Shown in pieces: positions 7,999-21,170 of a DNA stretch of 32,000 nt. The stretch covers positions 3,000,001-3,032,000 of the forward strand of contig NZ_LT934425.1 of NCBI RefSeq assembly GCF_900232105.1, in the 5' to 3' direction. A program made the translations under genes and the position numbers. Within the stretch, counting starts at the first letter, position 1; the number at the start of each line of letters is the position of its first letter. The notes below the pieces were generated by a model, which was not told the DNA's origin, ran no database searches, and saw nothing but the letters and a program-made list of their open reading frames with translations. Source of the DNA: Candidatus Kuenenia stuttgartensis (GTDB lineage Bacteria > Planctomycetota > Brocadiia > Brocadiales > Brocadiaceae).

Positions 7999-8424
7999 AT
8001 GGCAAAGGAGATTTTGGCTAAAATCAAGTTGCAGTGTCCGGCAGGGCAGGCAACCCCTGCACCTCCGGTTGGTCCGGCACTTGGGCAGCATGGAGTAAAT
8101 ATCGGGCAATTTGTGAAGCAGTTTAACGATAAAACGAAAGATTTGCAGGGAATTTTAACTCCTGCAGAGATTACTGTTTTTAAAGATAAAACGTTTACCT
8201 TTATAATTAAGTCTCCGCCTGCTTCTGTGCTATTAAAACAATCCGCAGGTATTGTTAAAGGTTCGCCAGAGCCAAATCGGCAGAAGGTTGGGCAAGTTAA
8301 CAAACAACAAATCAGGGAAATAGCAGCTAGAAAGTTGGCAGATTTAAATGTTAGTAATTTAGAAAGTGCAATGAGGATAATAGAAGGAACTGCTCATACT
8401 ATGGGGCTTAAAATTGTGGATTAG
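7999..8424 (+). CDS. rplK: 50S ribosomal protein L11
   Basis: 141 aa. It contains [26 protein letters not shown], the canonical L11 N-terminal motif. Confidence 0.96.
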   Translation: MAKEILAKIKLQCPAGQATPAPPVGPALGQHGVNIGQFVKQFNDKTKDLQGILTPAEITVFKDKTFTFIIKSPPASVLLKQSAGIVKGSPEPNRQKVGQVNKQQIREIAARKLADLNVSNLESAMRIIEGTAHTMGLKIVD

Positions 8425-8470
8425 TGTATGAAAATGGGAGAAGTTGTGTTTAATCAGAAGGATTTATAAA

Positions 8471-9151
8471 ATGCTAAAAAGAAGTAAAAGATATTTAGAA
8501 TCTTTAAAACATATAGATATAAACAAAAAATACGAATTAGAGGATGCCTTAAAACATCTTAAATCTTTTAAGACTGCAAAGTTCGATGAAAGTGTCGAAG
8601 TCGTAATTAAGTTGGGTATCGATGCAAAACAATCAGACCAGCTTGTTAGAGGTGCTATATCTTTGCCGAAGGGTATTGGCAAAAGTTTAAAGGTGATAGT
8701 TTTTGCCGTTGGAGAAAAAGCAACTATTGCGAAAGATGCAGGAGCTGAAGAGGTTGGTGCTGAAGATCTGGTGAAAAAGGTTGAGGGGGGATGGGGGGAT
8801 TTTGACGTCGCAATTTCTACTCCGGATATGATGAGAATAGTTGGTAAATTAGGTAAAGTGTTAGGTCCTCAGGGTAAAATGCCGTCTCCCAAGTCGGGAA
8901 CTGTAACCGACGATGTAGAAACAGCTGTTAGGGAGTTTAAAGCAGGTAAAATTGAGTTTAGAAATGATGCTGGTGGAAATGTTCATGCAATTGCTGGAAA
9001 GCTGTCGTTTTCCGTTGCAGATCTTGCCGACAATATAAACACATTTATTAAACATATATTGAACTTGCGTCCATCGGCTGCAAAAGGGATGTATATAGAG
9101 AAGGTTTCACTTTCTTCGACGATGAGTCCTGGCGTAATGTTGCAAATTTAA
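8471..9151 (+). CDS. rplA: 50S ribosomal protein L1
   Basis: The ORF track starts at 8444. I prefer the ATG at 8471 (MLKRSKRYLE..., typical L1 N-terminus) with AAGGA 8 nt upstream. The rest has L1-like sequence throughout. Confidence 0.9.
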   Translation: MLKRSKRYLESLKHIDINKKYELEDALKHLKSFKTAKFDESVEVVIKLGIDAKQSDQLVRGAISLPKGIGKSLKVIVFAVGEKATIAKDAGAEEVGAEDLVKKVEGGWGDFDVAISTPDMMRIVGKLGKVLGPQGKMPSPKSGTVTDDVETAVREFKAGKIEFRNDAGGNVHAIAGKLSFSVADLADNINTFIKHILNLRPSAAKGMYIEKVSLSSTMSPGVMLQI

Positions 9152-9186
9152 TTTTAAAATGTGTAGCTAAGGGAATAGACAGAACA

Positions 9187-9714
9187 ATGCCAAATGAATT
9201 AAAAGAACTTACAATAAAAGAACTGATTTCTCGTTATGATGATAAGAGTAGCTATCTGGTAGTTGGTTATAGAGGTATCACTGCTTTGCAGTTTAATCAG
9301 TTGCGAAATGAATTATGGCAGAAGAAGATACTTATGGAGGTTGTTAAAAATTCTCTTGCAGCGGTTGCGTTTAAGAAAATAGGCAAGACGGCAATAGTTG
9401 GTTTGCTAAATGGTCCTTCTGCTATCATAAGTGGCGGGGATGATCCGGTATTAATGGCAAAAGAAACAGTTAAATACTCTGAAGATTTGCCATTTTTTAC
9501 GTTGCAGGGTGGGTTTTTTGAGGGAGAGGCACTGTCAATTGATTCTATCAAGAGTTTGGCGAAGCTTCCTTCCTTGCCAGTGCTTAGATCCCAAATAGTA
9601 TTTAGTATAAATGCTCCGATAGTCGGGGTGGCAACCGCTTTTAACAGTATATTGCGCAGTTTAGCAACTATATTTCAAGAGATAAAAACACAAAAAGAAG
9701 AAAGTAATGGGTAA
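9187..9714 (+). CDS. rplJ: 50S ribosomal protein L10
   Basis: 175 aa between rplA and rplL, with an L10-like N-terminal domain ([20 protein letters not shown]). Confidence 0.92.
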   Translation: MPNELKELTIKELISRYDDKSSYLVVGYRGITALQFNQLRNELWQKKILMEVVKNSLAAVAFKKIGKTAIVGLLNGPSAIISGGDDPVLMAKETVKYSEDLPFFTLQGGFFEGEALSIDSIKSLAKLPSLPVLRSQIVFSINAPIVGVATAFNSILRSLATIFQEIKTQKEESNG

Positions 9715-9749
9715 TTTGTATATGGTTTCTGAAAGTTAGGAGGTGTAAA

Positions 9750-10166
9750 ATGACTCAAATAATGGAAGAAAAAGAAGTCGATGTAACCGGGAAAATAGCG
9801 CAGGTACTAGATATAGTATCGGGAATGACACTGTTGGAGGCATCTGAATTAGTAAAAGCATTCGAAAAGAAATTTGGTGTTTCCGCATCTGCAGTAGCCG
9901 CAATGCCTGTTGGTATGCCTATGGCTGGAGCCGAGGCTGCCGTAGAAGAAGAGAAGACATCTTTTGATGTAATTCTAAAAGAGGTGGGAGCTAACAAAAT
10001 TCAAGTAATTAAGGCGGTTCGAGCGGAAACAAATTTAGGCCTCAAAGAGGCGAAAGATCTTGTAGAGGGTGCGCCTAAGGCTGTTAAAGAAGGGGTGACG
10101 AAGGAAGACGCTGACAAAATTAGAAAAACATTAGAAGAAGCTGGTGCCAAAGTAGAAATAAAATAA
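9750..10166 (+). CDS. rplL: 50S ribosomal protein L7/L12
   Basis: 138 aa. It has an Ala/Glu-rich hinge and the C-terminal domain [40 protein letters not shown] lies 6 nt upstream of the ATG. Confidence 0.96.
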   Translation: MTQIMEEKEVDVTGKIAQVLDIVSGMTLLEASELVKAFEKKFGVSASAVAAMPVGMPMAGAEAAVEEEKTSFDVILKEVGANKIQVIKAVRAETNLGLKEAKDLVEGAPKAVKEGVTKEDADKIRKTLEEAGAKVEIK

Positions 10167-10203
10167 ACAGTTTTTTTGCCAACTTTTAAAGTTCTGGGAA
10201 TTT

Positions 10204-13200
10204 ATGGAAATACGAAACTACAGTAAAGTAGATGAAGTAATAGAGCTTCAAAATCTTACACAGATTCAAACGAAAGCATATATGGACTTTTTGCAGTTGG
10301 ATATTCCAGCATCGAAGAGGAAAAATGTTGGTATTGAGGCTATATTGAGAGAGATATTTCCTGTCAGCAACTACGATGGCAACATAACTTTAAATTATGT
10401 TAAATATGAGTTAGGAAAACCTCGTTATTCACAAGACGAATGTCGCCAGTTGCGATTGACATACGGGCGTCCTTTTCGCGTCTGGTTGCGTTTGGATAAA
10501 GATGAACCTATAGAAGAAGAGGTTTATCTGGGTGAGATTCCTGTTGTTATCGGTGGCGGAGAATTTATTATTAATGGTACAGAACGGGTGATTGTTGCTC
10601 AATTACATCGTTCGCCAGGGGTAGATTTTATAGAAGAATTTTACGCAGAAAAAAGATTACATTCTTGCCGAATAATTCCTGAGCGGGGAAGTTGGATTGA
10701 GTTGGAGGTGGGTAAGAAGGATGTACTTACTGTCAGGATTGATCAGAGTGGAAAATTACCCGCTACTTGTTTTCTCAGGGCGTTATCCGCAGAATACGCA
10801 AATGATGAGGATATTATTCGGTTGTTTCATGAAGTAGAAACGGTGAAAATCGCTGATTATGATGTGGCTGCAAAGTTGAGAGGTAGGTTTACTGCAGAGC
10901 AGGTTGTTAATCCTGAAACTGGGGAAATTTTGCTGGACGCGGGTCGTCAGTTTTCTGATTCAACGGTTAAGGCAATCACAGACCTGGAAATAAAGAAAGT
11001 AGATGTGATCAAAAAAGTAGAAGACAACTTAATATTAAATTCTCTGGAGTCAGATTTTACAAAGTCTCATGAAGATGCATTGTTGAAAATTTACGCAAGA
11101 TTCAGACCAGGCAACCCACAGCAAGTGGAAAAGGCAAGGCAGTTATTTTATGATAAATTTTTTGATGAAAAAAGATATAGGTTGGGGCCTGTAGGCAGAT
11201 TTAGATTAAATAGGAAGATGGGTCATGATGTCGATTCATCTAAAATGACTTTGCAAAAAGAGGATTTTGTAGAAGCTATTAGGTATTTGATGAAGTTGAG
11301 GAAAGGTACCCCTGGGGCATCAATTGACGATATAGATAATTTAGGCAACAGGAGACTTCGGACGATAGATGAGCTTGTTGGTGAAGAGTTGAGAAAGGGG
11401 TTTTTAAAGTTAAGAAGAACCATACAGGAAAGGTTAAGTGTAAAAGAGACAGAACAATTAACACCGCGTTCTTTGGTAAATTCGAAAACCATATTTTCAG
11501 CGATCGATTATTTTTTTAGCCGAAGTGAACTTTCGCAGGTTTTAGACCAAACAAATCCGTTGGCACAGCTAACTCATGAAAGAAGGTTAAGTGCGTTGGG
11601 ACCTGGCGGCTTGAATAGAAAGAGGGCTGGGTTTGAGGTGAGAGATGTACATGTTTCTCACTATGGGAGGGTGTGCCCGATAGAAACGCCAGAAGGTACA
11701 AACATTGGTTTGATAGCTTCTTTAAGTATATACGCAACAATCGATGAGTACGGTTTTTTGATTACACCATATCGTCTAATAGAAAAAGGAAAACCTTCTA
11801 AAAATATAATATATTTACGGGCAGACGAGGAAGAGGGTCGTTTGATAGCGCCGGCAGATATTTTAATCAGTACTAAAGATACGCTGGGCAAGACGGAAGT
11901 GCTATGCAGACACGATGGCGACTTTAAGCACACGGCTTTCAAAGATGTAAATTATATGGATGTTTCTCCTAAACAAATGGTTGGTGTTTCCGCAAGTTTA
12001 ATACCATTTCTGGAACATAGTGATGCGAATAGAGCGCTGATGGGGTCGAATATGCAGAGACAAGCTGTTCCTCTGCTGAAGACAGAACCTCCTATTATCG
12101 CAACGGGCATGGAACGGGTAGTCGCCAAAAACTCAAGCATGACTGTTCAATCGGAAAAGAATGGAACTGTTACAAAGGTATCATCAAATGAAATCGTAAT
12201 TGATAACAATGAAATTTATAAACTAAGAAAGTTTGTTGGGTTAAACGAAGGTACTTGTCTAAATCAGAAGCCTATAGTCACCGAAGGGCAAAAAATCAAA
12301 AAAGGAGAGGTCATCGCTGACGGGGCGGCTACACATAATGGTGAACTTAGTTTAGGTAAAAATGTATTAGTAGCGTTTATGACATGGGATGGATACAATT
12401 TTGAAGACGCTATGGTGATAAGTGAGGCCTTGTTAAAAGATGATCGATTCACTTCTATACACAGAGATGAATTTGAGGTGGAAATACGTGAAACAAAGTT
12501 GGGTAGAGAAGAATTTACTCGCGATATTCCAAATGTTTCAGAAAAAGCACTAAGAAATTTGGATGAAAATGGAATAATTCGGGTTGGAACAAAGGTGAAA
12601 CCCGGAGATATCTTGGTAGGGAAGATAGCGCCCAAGAGCAGGAGTGAACTTTCGCCTGAAGAAAAACTGTTACATGCAATATTTGGACGTGCTGGTGAAG
12701 ATGTTAAAAATGAATCGCTGGAAGTTCCGTCCGGCATGGAAGGTATTATTATAAATACGCAAGTATTTTCAAGAAAGTCGTATATTTCAGAAGAAAAAAG
12801 ACAGAAAATATTGGGTGAGGTAAGCGAGATAGAGTCAAAGTATAATGAGACTATTGCTAAAGAATTTGCAAAGATGTTAAAAGCTATAAATGCAGAGATT
12901 GAAGAAGCTCTTGTAGATATTCAAACCGGTCAGGTTTACAAAACAGAGAGAGCTATGTCTGAAAAAACGATACTTGCAATGGAAGATCATTTTAATATTG
13001 AAAATATCGCATTTAGTAGTAAGAAGAAAAAGGAACTGGCACTTGAAATTTCACAGGAATACAAAAGAAAAATGGAGGAGTTAAAAGAAGAAAGAGATGG
13101 GAAAATAAACCAGTTGAAGCGCGGAGATGAATTGCCGACAGGGGTTTTGGAACTAGCGAAGGTTTCCATTGCAACGAAGAGAAAGCTTTCCGTTGGTGAT

Positions 13201-13896
13201 AAAATGGCCGGCAGGCATGGTAACAAAGGAGTTATTTCCAAGATACTTCCTGAAGAAGATATGCCCTTTTTGGCAGATGGAACCAGGGTAGAGATGCTAC
13301 TGAACCCATTGGGCGTGCCATCCAGAATGAATGTCGGACAAATTCTGGAGACCCACCTGGGATGGGCAGCTAAAAAGCTAGGTTTTAGGGCAATTACGCC
13401 CATTTTTGAAGGTGCTTTAGAGGAAGAGATACGCGAGACACTGAAAGAAGCAAAGTTGCCGGAAGATGGAAAGGCAGTGTTGTATGATGGACGTACTGGA
13501 GAATCTTTTGGGCAAAAAGTTGCTGTGGGTTATATGTATATGCTAAAGCTTCACCATCTGGTTGATGAAAAAGTACATGCAAGAGCGACAGGTCCATATT
13601 CGCTGATTACTCAACAACCTCTGGGCGGAAAGGCTAGGTTTGGTGGGCAGAGATTTGGTGAAATGGAAGTATGGGCGTTGGAGGCTTATGGTGCTGCACA
13701 TAATTTGCAAGAGTTGCTTACTGTGAAAAGTGACGATGTAGAAGGAAGGACGAAGATTTACGAATCCATGGTTAAGGGTGAAAACACATTGGAGGCTGGC
13801 ACCCCAGCATCCTTTGAGGTGCTTTCAAATGAAATAGCGGGGTTGGGATTAAATCTAAAGTTAGAAAAGAAAAAGATGGATATTTTAAAAGTATAG
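10204..13896 (+). CDS. rpoB: DNA-directed RNA polymerase subunit beta
   Basis: 1230 aa. It contains the rifampicin-cluster region ...[24 protein letters not shown] and the motifs [13 protein letters not shown] and [20 protein letters not shown]. Confidence 0.98.
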   Translation: MEIRNYSKVDEVIELQNLTQIQTKAYMDFLQLDIPASKRKNVGIEAILREIFPVSNYDGNITLNYVKYELGKPRYSQDECRQLRLTYGRPFRVWLRLDKDEPIEEEVYLGEIPVVIGGGEFIINGTERVIVAQLHRSPGVDFIEEFYAEKRLHSCRIIPERGSWIELEVGKKDVLTVRIDQSGKLPATCFLRALSAEYANDEDIIRLFHEVETVKIADYDVAAKLRGRFTAEQVVNPETGEILLDAGRQFSDSTVKAITDLEIKKVDVIKKVEDNLILNSLESDFTKSHEDALLKIYARFRPGNPQQVEKARQLFYDKFFDEKRYRLGPVGRFRLNRKMGHDVDSSKMTLQKEDFVEAIRYLMKLRKGTPGASIDDIDNLGNRRLRTIDELVGEELRKGFLKLRRTIQERLSVKETEQLTPRSLVNSKTIFSAIDYFFSRSELSQVLDQTNPLAQLTHERRLSALGPGGLNRKRAGFEVRDVHVSHYGRVCPIETPEGTNIGLIASLSIYATIDEYGFLITPYRLIEKGKPSKNIIYLRADEEEGRLIAPADILISTKDTLGKTEVLCRHDGDFKHTAFKDVNYMDVSPKQMVGVSASLIPFLEHSDANRALMGSNMQRQAVPLLKTEPPIIATGMERVVAKNSSMTVQSEKNGTVTKVSSNEIVIDNNEIYKLRKFVGLNEGTCLNQKPIVTEGQKIKKGEVIADGAATHNGELSLGKNVLVAFMTWDGYNFEDAMVISEALLKDDRFTSIHRDEFEVEIRETKLGREEFTRDIPNVSEKALRNLDENGIIRVGTKVKPGDILVGKIAPKSRSELSPEEKLLHAIFGRAGEDVKNESLEVPSGMEGIIINTQVFSRKSYISEEKRQKILGEVSEIESKYNETIAKEFAKMLKAINAEIEEALVDIQTGQVYKTERAMSEKTILAMEDHFNIENIAFSSKKKKELALEISQEYKRKMEELKEERDGKINQLKRGDELPTGVLELAKVSIATKRKLSVGDKMAGRHGNKGVISKILPEEDMPFLADGTRVEMLLNPLGVPSRMNVGQILETHLGWAAKKLGFRAITPIFEGALEEEIRETLKEAKLPEDGKAVLYDGRTGESFGQKVAVGYMYMLKLHHLVDEKVHARATGPYSLITQQPLGGKARFGGQRFGEMEVWALEAYGAAHNLQELLTVKSDDVEGRTKIYESMVKGENTLEAGTPASFEVLSNEIAGLGLNLKLEKKKMDILKV

Positions 13897-14051
13897 CATT
13901 TTATGATGAATATTTGGATATTAGTTTGAAAACTGTGAGTTTATATAAGTAATATTAAGGGTTCGAGATATTACATTAGAATTTTTATAAAAAAGAGCTT
14001 GAAGTGCTGCGCGTAATATTTAGATTTGTGCGGACTCTTTGAGATTATTAT

Positions 14052-17000
14052 ATGGCAGAAATAATTTACGAAAGAATAAATGAGTATAGTTCGGTTAAAA
14101 TATCGCTGTCTTCTCCGGAAGATATCCGCGGTTGGTCTTATGGCGAAGTTAAGAAACCTGAAACTATAAACTACCGTACATATAGGGCAGAGAAGGATGG
14201 TTTATTTTGCGAGCGTATTTTTGGCCCGGAACGTAATTGGGAGTGTTTTTGCGGTAAATATAAGGGCATTAAACATAAAGGAATTGTTTGTGATAGATGT
14301 GGTGTGAAATTGACCCATTCACGTGTGAGAAGAAGGAGGATGGGCCATATAAATTTAGCAGCACCTATCGTTCATATTTGGTTTTTTAAGGCAATGCCCT
14401 CACGTTTGGGTACTCTTTTGGGAATGAAAACTACGTCGCTGGAAAGAATCATTTATTTCCAGGGTTATGTGGTTATAGACCCTGGCAGTACAACACTCAA
14501 AGAATATCAGGTGCTTAGCGAAGAAGAATATAAAACAACTAAAGAAAAATTTGGTGAAGAGTCTTTTGTGGCAGCGATGGGTGCTGAGGCAATACGAATG
14601 TTATTGCAAAAAATTGATTTAGTTGTGTTGTCTAATGAACTGCGCGAGGAACTTGGCCGTACCCGTTCAAAACAACGTGCCAAAGAAATAATAAAAAGGT
14701 TAGAAATTGTAGAAGCTTTTCGGGATTCGGACAACAAACCCGAATGGATGGTTTTGAGTGCGATTCCTGTTATTCCGCCAGACCTGAGACCATTGGTGTT
14801 GTTGGAAAGCGGCAATTTCGCTTCATCAGACCTGAATGATTTATATAGAAGAATTATTAACAGAAATAATCGACTTAAGAAGCTGATAGACCTTAATGCC
14901 CCCGAAGTTATTATAAGAAACGAAAAAAGAATGCTTCAACAAGCGGTTGATGCTTTATTTGATAATACGAGGGGGAAACGTCCAGTTCTTGGAAGCAACA
15001 ATAGGCCATTGAAGTCTCTTACTGATATGATAAAGGGGAAACAAGGCCGATTTAGAGAGAATTTACTTGGTAAACGTGTGGATTATTCTGCACGTTCTGT
15101 GATTGTTGTGGGACCTGAGCTGAAATTGCATCAGTGTGGGTTGCCAAAGAAAATAGCGCTAGAACTATTTCAACCATTCATAATAAGAAGATTAAGAGAG
15201 TTTGGATATGCGGATACAATTAAAAGTGCAAAAAAGATGCTGAGTAGAAAGGACAAAGAAGTTTGGGATATTCTAGAAGAAGTGGTAAAGCGGAGACCAG
15301 TGTTGCTTAATAGAGCTCCCACACTTCATAGAATGGGTATACAAGCGTTTGAGCCTATACTTGTGGAAGGTAATGCAATAAAGCTACATCCACTGGTTTG
15401 CCGAGGGTTTAATGCTGATTTCGATGGTGACCAAATGGCGGTTCATTTGCCGTTGTCCATTGAAGCACAGACGGAGGCAATTACTCTTATGTTGTCTACA
15501 AATAACATCTTTTCTCCCGCTTCAGGAGAGCCAATTATTGTGCCATCACAGGATATTGTATTAGGATGTTATTATTTAACCGCCAGCATACAGAATGAGG
15601 CGGTGCAAAAACTAAAAAGATTTAGTGGTAATGAAGAGGTAATATATGCCCTGTCTGTAAATAAATTACACCTACACGACAAGATTGAGATAAAATTAAA
15701 ACAGGTCACTGTTGTTAACGATCGCTTAGTAAAAGAAGAACCAGTTTGCGGCTTGTGCGAAACGACTGCTGGGCGTGTTGTATTTAATAGTGTATTACCT
15801 GAAGGAATTCCTTTTTACAATTATCCTTTAGATCAAAAGGGAATAAGCAGGATAATTCAGGATTGTTATAAAATGCTCGGAAGAGAGAAGACCATTACTT
15901 TATTGGATGATGTAAAAGAAATTGGATTTAAAGAATGCACTAAGGCTGGGTTATCATTTTCAATAAGTGATGTTAAGATGCCTGAGAAAAAAAGTGAAAT
16001 AATCGATAAAACACAGTTGGAAATAGAAAAGATACAGAAGTTATACAAAAAAGGTGTTATTACGGAAGGAGAGCGCTACAATCAAATTATAGATGCATGG
16101 ACATACACCGGCGAAAAAATAGCCGAAGAAATGATGGGTGCTCTTAAAAATGATACAAGAGGCGGTATACCTTATTTGAACCCTGTCTATCTGATGTCTG
16201 CTTCAGGGGCAAGAGGAAGTTCACAGCAGTTGAGACAGCTCGCTGGAATGCGTGGTTTAATGGCGAAGCCCTCGGGAAAAATCATAGAAACCCCTATAAA
16301 GGCAAATTTTAGAGAGGGTTTAGGAGTGTTAGAGTATTTTAGTTCTACTCATGGTGCTAGAAAAGGGTTAGCGGATACAGCGTTAAAGACTGCGGATTCT
16401 GGATACTTAACAAGGAAACTGGCGGATGTTGCTCAGAATGTAGTGATTACTTCTTTAGATTGTGGTACCAAGAACGGCATTACAAAAAGTGTAGTTTACA
16501 GGGGGGAAAAAGTGGAGGTTCCTCTAAGTAAGACTATAACTGGAAGGGTTGCAAGAAACAATATTGTAGATTTAGTTAAAGACGAAGTAATTATCAGAGA
16601 AAACGATTTAATTACCGAAGAAAAAGCCAAAAAGATCGAGGCTTTAGGATACGAAAAAATAAAAGTAAGGTCTCCATTTACGTGTGAAATGTCTCTGGGG
16701 CTTTGTTCGAAATGCTATGGAATGGATCTATCAAGGGGAGGACTCGTTGAGGAAGGTATGGCCGTAGGGATAATTGCAGCTCAGTCAATTGGTGAGCCTG
16801 GTACCCAGCTAACAATGAAAACTTTCCATATCGGTGGTACTGCTACTCGTTCGGTAGAAGCTTCTGAGACAAAAGCAAAACGTTCGGGCAAAATTAAGTA
16901 CCATAATTTGAATGTTGTTAAAAATCCACAGGAAAAAAATGTTGCTATTAACTCAAAAGGCGAAATATTAATTATAGATGCAAAAGAAAGACAAATCGAA

Positions 17001-18161
17001 AAACATTCGGTGGTGCTTGGTGCGGAAGTTTTAGTTAAAGAAGGCGATAGTGTTGCTGTTCGCCAAACACTGACCCGCTGGGACCCACACATGGTTCCTA
17101 TATTAGCGGAAATGTCAGGGTCTATTCGTTTTGAAGATATTGAAATAGGCAAAACTGTCAGAGAAGAATCCGATGCATCCACCGGATTTAAACGTAAAGT
17201 AATTATGGAACATAAGGGTGATTTGCACCCTCAAATAATTATAGAGGATGAGAATGGTAAGATTTCAGGGTTGTATCCAATACCTGAAAAGGCTCATCTG
17301 GAGGTTGAGGAGGGAGAGAAGATTACTCCGGGTACGTTGCTTGCGAAAACACCGAGAGAGATTTCCAGGACGGAAGATATAACTGGTGGACTACCGCGAG
17401 TCGCCGAAATTTGTGAGGCACGAAAGCCAAAAGACCCTGCAGTTATGAGTGAAATAGAAGGGGTCGTGGAGTTGGGGGAAAAAAGGCGCGGTAAGCGAAC
17501 TATTATTGTCAGAGGAGAAGGTGGTATGGAGAGTGAACACCTTGTACCAAGAGGTAAACATTTAAAGGTACATAGGGGTGATCTTGTTAAAGCTGGAGAC
17601 CCACTTGTAGAAGGGCCGTTGGTTTTGCAAGATATTTTGAGAATACGTGGCGAGGAAGAATTGCAGACTTACATGTTAAAAGAAGTTCAAAATGTTTATC
17701 GGTCTCAAAACGTACCGATTGACGATAAACATATTGAAATAATAATTGGTCAAATGCTTAGGAAGGTAAAAATAGAGGATGCTGGGGATACCAATCTTCT
17801 TCCGGGACAAATCATGGATAAATTTAAATTCAGAGAAGAAAATAAGAAGATAAAAGATATGGGCGGAAAACCGTCAACTGCAAAACCTTTATTGCTGGGT
17901 ATTACGAGAGCATCTCTGCAGGCGGATAGTTTTATATCTGCAGCTTCTTTCCAGGAGACAACAAAAGTATTGACTAGAGCTGCGCTTGAAGGAAAAGTTG
18001 ATAATTTGGTAGGATTAAAGGAAAATGTAATTCTTGGTCATTTGGTGCCCGCCGGTACCGGATATAAGTCGTACAATACACTTTATGCAATTTCTACAGA
18101 TGAGGTTGCAATCAAGGAAGCAAGCAAGCAAAAAGAAGAGTTATTAGAGCCAACATTATAA
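14052..18161 (+). CDS. rpoC: DNA-directed RNA polymerase subunit beta'
   Basis: 1369 aa. It has the N-terminal Zn motif [21 protein letters not shown] and the catalytic [12 protein letters not shown]. The trigger loop carries an insertion of about 190 aa between [16 protein letters not shown] and [10 protein letters not shown]. Confidence 0.98.
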   Translation: MAEIIYERINEYSSVKISLSSPEDIRGWSYGEVKKPETINYRTYRAEKDGLFCERIFGPERNWECFCGKYKGIKHKGIVCDRCGVKLTHSRVRRRRMGHINLAAPIVHIWFFKAMPSRLGTLLGMKTTSLERIIYFQGYVVIDPGSTTLKEYQVLSEEEYKTTKEKFGEESFVAAMGAEAIRMLLQKIDLVVLSNELREELGRTRSKQRAKEIIKRLEIVEAFRDSDNKPEWMVLSAIPVIPPDLRPLVLLESGNFASSDLNDLYRRIINRNNRLKKLIDLNAPEVIIRNEKRMLQQAVDALFDNTRGKRPVLGSNNRPLKSLTDMIKGKQGRFRENLLGKRVDYSARSVIVVGPELKLHQCGLPKKIALELFQPFIIRRLREFGYADTIKSAKKMLSRKDKEVWDILEEVVKRRPVLLNRAPTLHRMGIQAFEPILVEGNAIKLHPLVCRGFNADFDGDQMAVHLPLSIEAQTEAITLMLSTNNIFSPASGEPIIVPSQDIVLGCYYLTASIQNEAVQKLKRFSGNEEVIYALSVNKLHLHDKIEIKLKQVTVVNDRLVKEEPVCGLCETTAGRVVFNSVLPEGIPFYNYPLDQKGISRIIQDCYKMLGREKTITLLDDVKEIGFKECTKAGLSFSISDVKMPEKKSEIIDKTQLEIEKIQKLYKKGVITEGERYNQIIDAWTYTGEKIAEEMMGALKNDTRGGIPYLNPVYLMSASGARGSSQQLRQLAGMRGLMAKPSGKIIETPIKANFREGLGVLEYFSSTHGARKGLADTALKTADSGYLTRKLADVAQNVVITSLDCGTKNGITKSVVYRGEKVEVPLSKTITGRVARNNIVDLVKDEVIIRENDLITEEKAKKIEALGYEKIKVRSPFTCEMSLGLCSKCYGMDLSRGGLVEEGMAVGIIAAQSIGEPGTQLTMKTFHIGGTATRSVEASETKAKRSGKIKYHNLNVVKNPQEKNVAINSKGEILIIDAKERQIEKHSVVLGAEVLVKEGDSVAVRQTLTRWDPHMVPILAEMSGSIRFEDIEIGKTVREESDASTGFKRKVIMEHKGDLHPQIIIEDENGKISGLYPIPEKAHLEVEEGEKITPGTLLAKTPREISRTEDITGGLPRVAEICEARKPKDPAVMSEIEGVVELGEKRRGKRTIIVRGEGGMESEHLVPRGKHLKVHRGDLVKAGDPLVEGPLVLQDILRIRGEEELQTYMLKEVQNVYRSQNVPIDDKHIEIIIGQMLRKVKIEDAGDTNLLPGQIMDKFKFREENKKIKDMGGKPSTAKPLLLGITRASLQADSFISAASFQETTKVLTRAALEGKVDNLVGLKENVILGHLVPAGTGYKSYNTLYAISTDEVAIKEASKQKEELLEPTL

Positions 18162-18175
18162 ATAGTGGGGGAGAT

Positions 18176-18547
18176 ATGCCTACAATAAATCAATTAATAA
18201 GAAAAGGTCGAAAGAAAACAAAAAATAAAAGTAAAAGCCCAGATTTAGAAAAATGTTCTCAAAAAAAGGGTGTCTGCCTTCAAGTAATGACGAGAACTCC
18301 GAAGAAACCAAATTCAGCTTTGAGAAAAGCTGCGAGGGTGAGGTTGTCAAATGGCAGGGAGATAAGTGCTTACATTCCAGGCGAAGGTCATAATTTACAA
18401 GAACATTCAATCGTATTGGTGAGGGGAGGAAGGGTGAGAGACCTTCCAGGTGTTAAATATCACATAGTCCGTGGAACATTGGATTGTGCCGGCGTAAATG
18501 GCCGAAAACGATCCAGATCTAAATATGGCGCAAAAACCCCTAAATAG
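18176..18547 (+). CDS. rpsL: 30S ribosomal protein S12
   Basis: 123 aa. It starts [12 protein letters not shown] and contains [11 protein letters not shown] and the [15 protein letters not shown] motif. Confidence 0.97.
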   Translation: MPTINQLIRKGRKKTKNKSKSPDLEKCSQKKGVCLQVMTRTPKKPNSALRKAARVRLSNGREISAYIPGEGHNLQEHSIVLVRGGRVRDLPGVKYHIVRGTLDCAGVNGRKRSRSKYGAKTPK

Positions 18548-18572
18548 GTCTTAATTTTGGAGAATTTAATAG

Positions 18573-19055
18573 ATGGCTCTTGCGTATAGAAGTACTGAGA
18601 AATTTTTACAACCGGATGCAAAATATAAAAGTAAGTTAATAACAAAATTTATCAACTGCCTTATGAAAAAGGGAAAGAAGAGTACGGCAGAAAAGATATT
18701 TTACGGTGCTATGGATCTGATAGAAAAAAAAGTATCTGATGTAGCTCCTATTGAACTTTTTGAAACAGCAGTAAATAATGTTAAGCCTTTGGTCGAGGTT
18801 CGGTCGAAGCGTGTGGGAGGTGCCACATATCAAGTACCTGTTGAAGTCCCGAGACAAAGACAGATAGCTTTGACGATACGGTGGATAATAGAAGCTGCTA
18901 AAAGCAAAAAAGGACGTCCTATGTTCCAACGCTTGGCAGATGAGTTGATGGACGCATACAAAAAACAAGGCATATCAATAACAAAAAGAGAAAACACGCA
19001 TAAAATGGCAGAAGCTAATAAGGCGTTTGCACATTTTGCATGGTCAAAGTTTTAA
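18573..19055 (+). CDS. rpsG: 30S ribosomal protein S7
   Basis: 160 aa with VEVRSKRVGGATYQVPVEV and a C-terminal NKAFAHFAW-type tail. Confidence 0.96.
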   Translation: MALAYRSTEKFLQPDAKYKSKLITKFINCLMKKGKKSTAEKIFYGAMDLIEKKVSDVAPIELFETAVNNVKPLVEVRSKRVGGATYQVPVEVPRQRQIALTIRWIIEAAKSKKGRPMFQRLADELMDAYKKQGISITKRENTHKMAEANKAFAHFAWSKF

Positions 19056-19076
19056 TTGAGGGTGGATTAAAAAAAG

Positions 19077-21134
19077 ATGAAGTTTGAAAAATTAAGAAAC
19101 ATTGGAATTGCTGCACATATCGATGCTGGAAAAACAACTACATCAGAACGTATACTATATTATACTGGAAAATCTTATAAAATGGGTGAGGTTCATGAAG
19201 GCACTGCTACCATGGACTGGATGGAAGAAGAGCAAAAACGAGGCATTACTATTACTGCGGCTGCCACTACATGTAGTTGGAAAGATTATCAGATTAACCT
19301 GATTGATACTCCGGGGCACGTCGATTTTACTATGGAAGTGGAGCGATCTCTTAGAGTTTTGGACGGCGCAGTGTGCGTTTTTTGCGGTGTTGGAGGGGTA
19401 GAGGCGCAGTCGGAGACTGTATGGCGGCAAGCGGATAGATATAAAGTGCCAAGAATTTGTTTTGTAAACAAAATGGATCGGGTAGGTGCAGATTATTATA
19501 AGGTTGTTGACGAAATTAACGAAAGGCTTGGATTTACGGCAGTTCCCATACAAGTACCAATTGGCAATGAGTCGAATTTTAGAGGATTAATTGATATAGT
19601 TCGTATGAAAGCCAGGATATATTCAGACGAAGAAGATAAAACGGGTATGAATTTCTCTGATGAAGAGATTCCTGCAGAATACCAAAAAAAGGCAGAAGAA
19701 GAACGAGAAAAGTTGATTGAAGCCTTGGCCAATCACACTGATTGGCTTACAGAAAAGTTTTTAGACGGGAAAGAAATCACAACAGAAGAAATAAAGAAGG
19801 CTATTCGTGAAGGGACGATAAATTTAAAGTTTGTTCCGGTATTGTGTGGATCGTCATTTAAGAAAAAAGGCGTGCAACTTTTACTTGATGCGGTATGCGA
19901 TTATTTGCCATCGCCAGTGGATAAAGAGGCCATTGTTGGTATTGATCCAAAAACTAATAAAGAAATTTCCAGAAAACCGTTTGTGGAAGAACCGTTTTGT
20001 GCGTTGGCTTTTAAAATTGCTTCTGATAAACATGGCGATTTGACTTTTATACGGGTTTATTCTGGAAAGTTAACTTCCGGAACGAGGGTGTTAAATTCGG
20101 GAAAAGATAAAAAAGAGCTGGTTAGCCGTATATATAAAATGCATGCGGCAAATAGGGAGCAAACTAACGAGGTAATAGCCGGTGAAATTTGCGCTGTGAT
20201 TGGCCTCAAAGATACAGTTACCGGCGATACGCTTTGTGATCTGGACAATCCTATAATTTTAGAAAAGATGGAATTTCCGGATACGGTCATTTCAATGGCG
20301 ATAGAGCCGAAATCAGATAAAGAAAAAGAAAAACTGGGGATGGTGCTAACGAAGCTGGCGAAAGAAGACCCTACCTTCAGGATGCACTTGGACAAGGAAA
20401 CCGGTCAAATGATTATTTCCGGAATGGGAGAGTTGCATTTGGAAGTAATTAAAAACAGGATGTTGAGCGAGTATAATGTGGACGCAAATGTTGGTGCGCC
20501 AAAGGTATCATATCGTGAGACGATTAGGAAAAAAGTTGAGGTGGAAGGAAAATTTGTTCAACAGACTGGCGGACATGGACAATATGGTCATGTATGGATA
20601 ACTGTGGAGCCATTTAAAGAAGGTGATGAACCGGTAACTTTTGTTGATGCAATAGTCGGTGGTAAAATCCCAAGGCAATATGTGAGATCTGTAGAAAAAG
20701 GTATTCGTGATACTGCGGTAACTGGTGTTGCAGGCGGTCCGCCATTGATTGATATCAAAGTAACGTTGATAGATGGTTCTACGCATCCTGTAGATTCTTC
20801 TGATCTAGCTTTTTACACTGCTGCATGTATTGCTTTTAGAAAAGGTGTTGAAATGGCGAATTCCATATTGCTGGAACCAATAATGTCTATTGAAATAACA
20901 GTTCCGGAACAATACATGGGTGATGTGATAGGAGAAGTTCATAGTCGCAGAGCAAATATATTGGAAATGATAACCAAGGGAAATATAAGGATTATTAAAG
21001 GTGAAGTCCCCCTTGCTGAAATGTTTGGTTATTCAACGACATTACGTTCCATTACTCAAGGAAGAGGCACTTTTACTATGGAACCTTTAGAGTACAGACC
21101 GGCGCCTGCAAAATCTGTTGGCAATGTTACATAA
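19077..21134 (+). CDS. fusA: Elongation factor G
   Basis: 685 aa with [23 protein letters not shown] and NKMDR GTPase motifs. It occupies the conserved position after rpsG. Confidence 0.97.
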   Translation: MKFEKLRNIGIAAHIDAGKTTTSERILYYTGKSYKMGEVHEGTATMDWMEEEQKRGITITAAATTCSWKDYQINLIDTPGHVDFTMEVERSLRVLDGAVCVFCGVGGVEAQSETVWRQADRYKVPRICFVNKMDRVGADYYKVVDEINERLGFTAVPIQVPIGNESNFRGLIDIVRMKARIYSDEEDKTGMNFSDEEIPAEYQKKAEEEREKLIEALANHTDWLTEKFLDGKEITTEEIKKAIREGTINLKFVPVLCGSSFKKKGVQLLLDAVCDYLPSPVDKEAIVGIDPKTNKEISRKPFVEEPFCALAFKIASDKHGDLTFIRVYSGKLTSGTRVLNSGKDKKELVSRIYKMHAANREQTNEVIAGEICAVIGLKDTVTGDTLCDLDNPIILEKMEFPDTVISMAIEPKSDKEKEKLGMVLTKLAKEDPTFRMHLDKETGQMIISGMGELHLEVIKNRMLSEYNVDANVGAPKVSYRETIRKKVEVEGKFVQQTGGHGQYGHVWITVEPFKEGDEPVTFVDAIVGGKIPRQYVRSVEKGIRDTAVTGVAGGPPLIDIKVTLIDGSTHPVDSSDLAFYTAACIAFRKGVEMANSILLEPIMSIEITVPEQYMGDVIGEVHSRRANILEMITKGNIRIIKGEVPLAEMFGYSTTLRSITQGRGTFTMEPLEYRPAPAKSVGNVT

Positions 21135-21170
21135 CGTATTCATAAATCAAAATATTGGAGGTTTAAATTA

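Noticed and set aside
11512-11613. Variation in the rpoB rifampicin-resistance cluster relative to E. coli (for example Ala at the position equivalent to S522 and Thr at N518)
   Set aside because: The main resistance-determining residues (equivalents of D516, H526 and S531) are wild-type. The other differences look like ordinary lineage variation, and no resistance phenotype can be inferred from sequence alone.
16850-17400. Insertion of about 190 aa in the rpoC trigger loop, considered as a possible intein or novel domain
   Set aside because: Its position (between [16 protein letters not shown] and [10 protein letters not shown]) and size match the lineage-specific trigger-loop insertion (SI3-like) common in many Gram-negative beta' subunits. 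There are no intein splice motifs.
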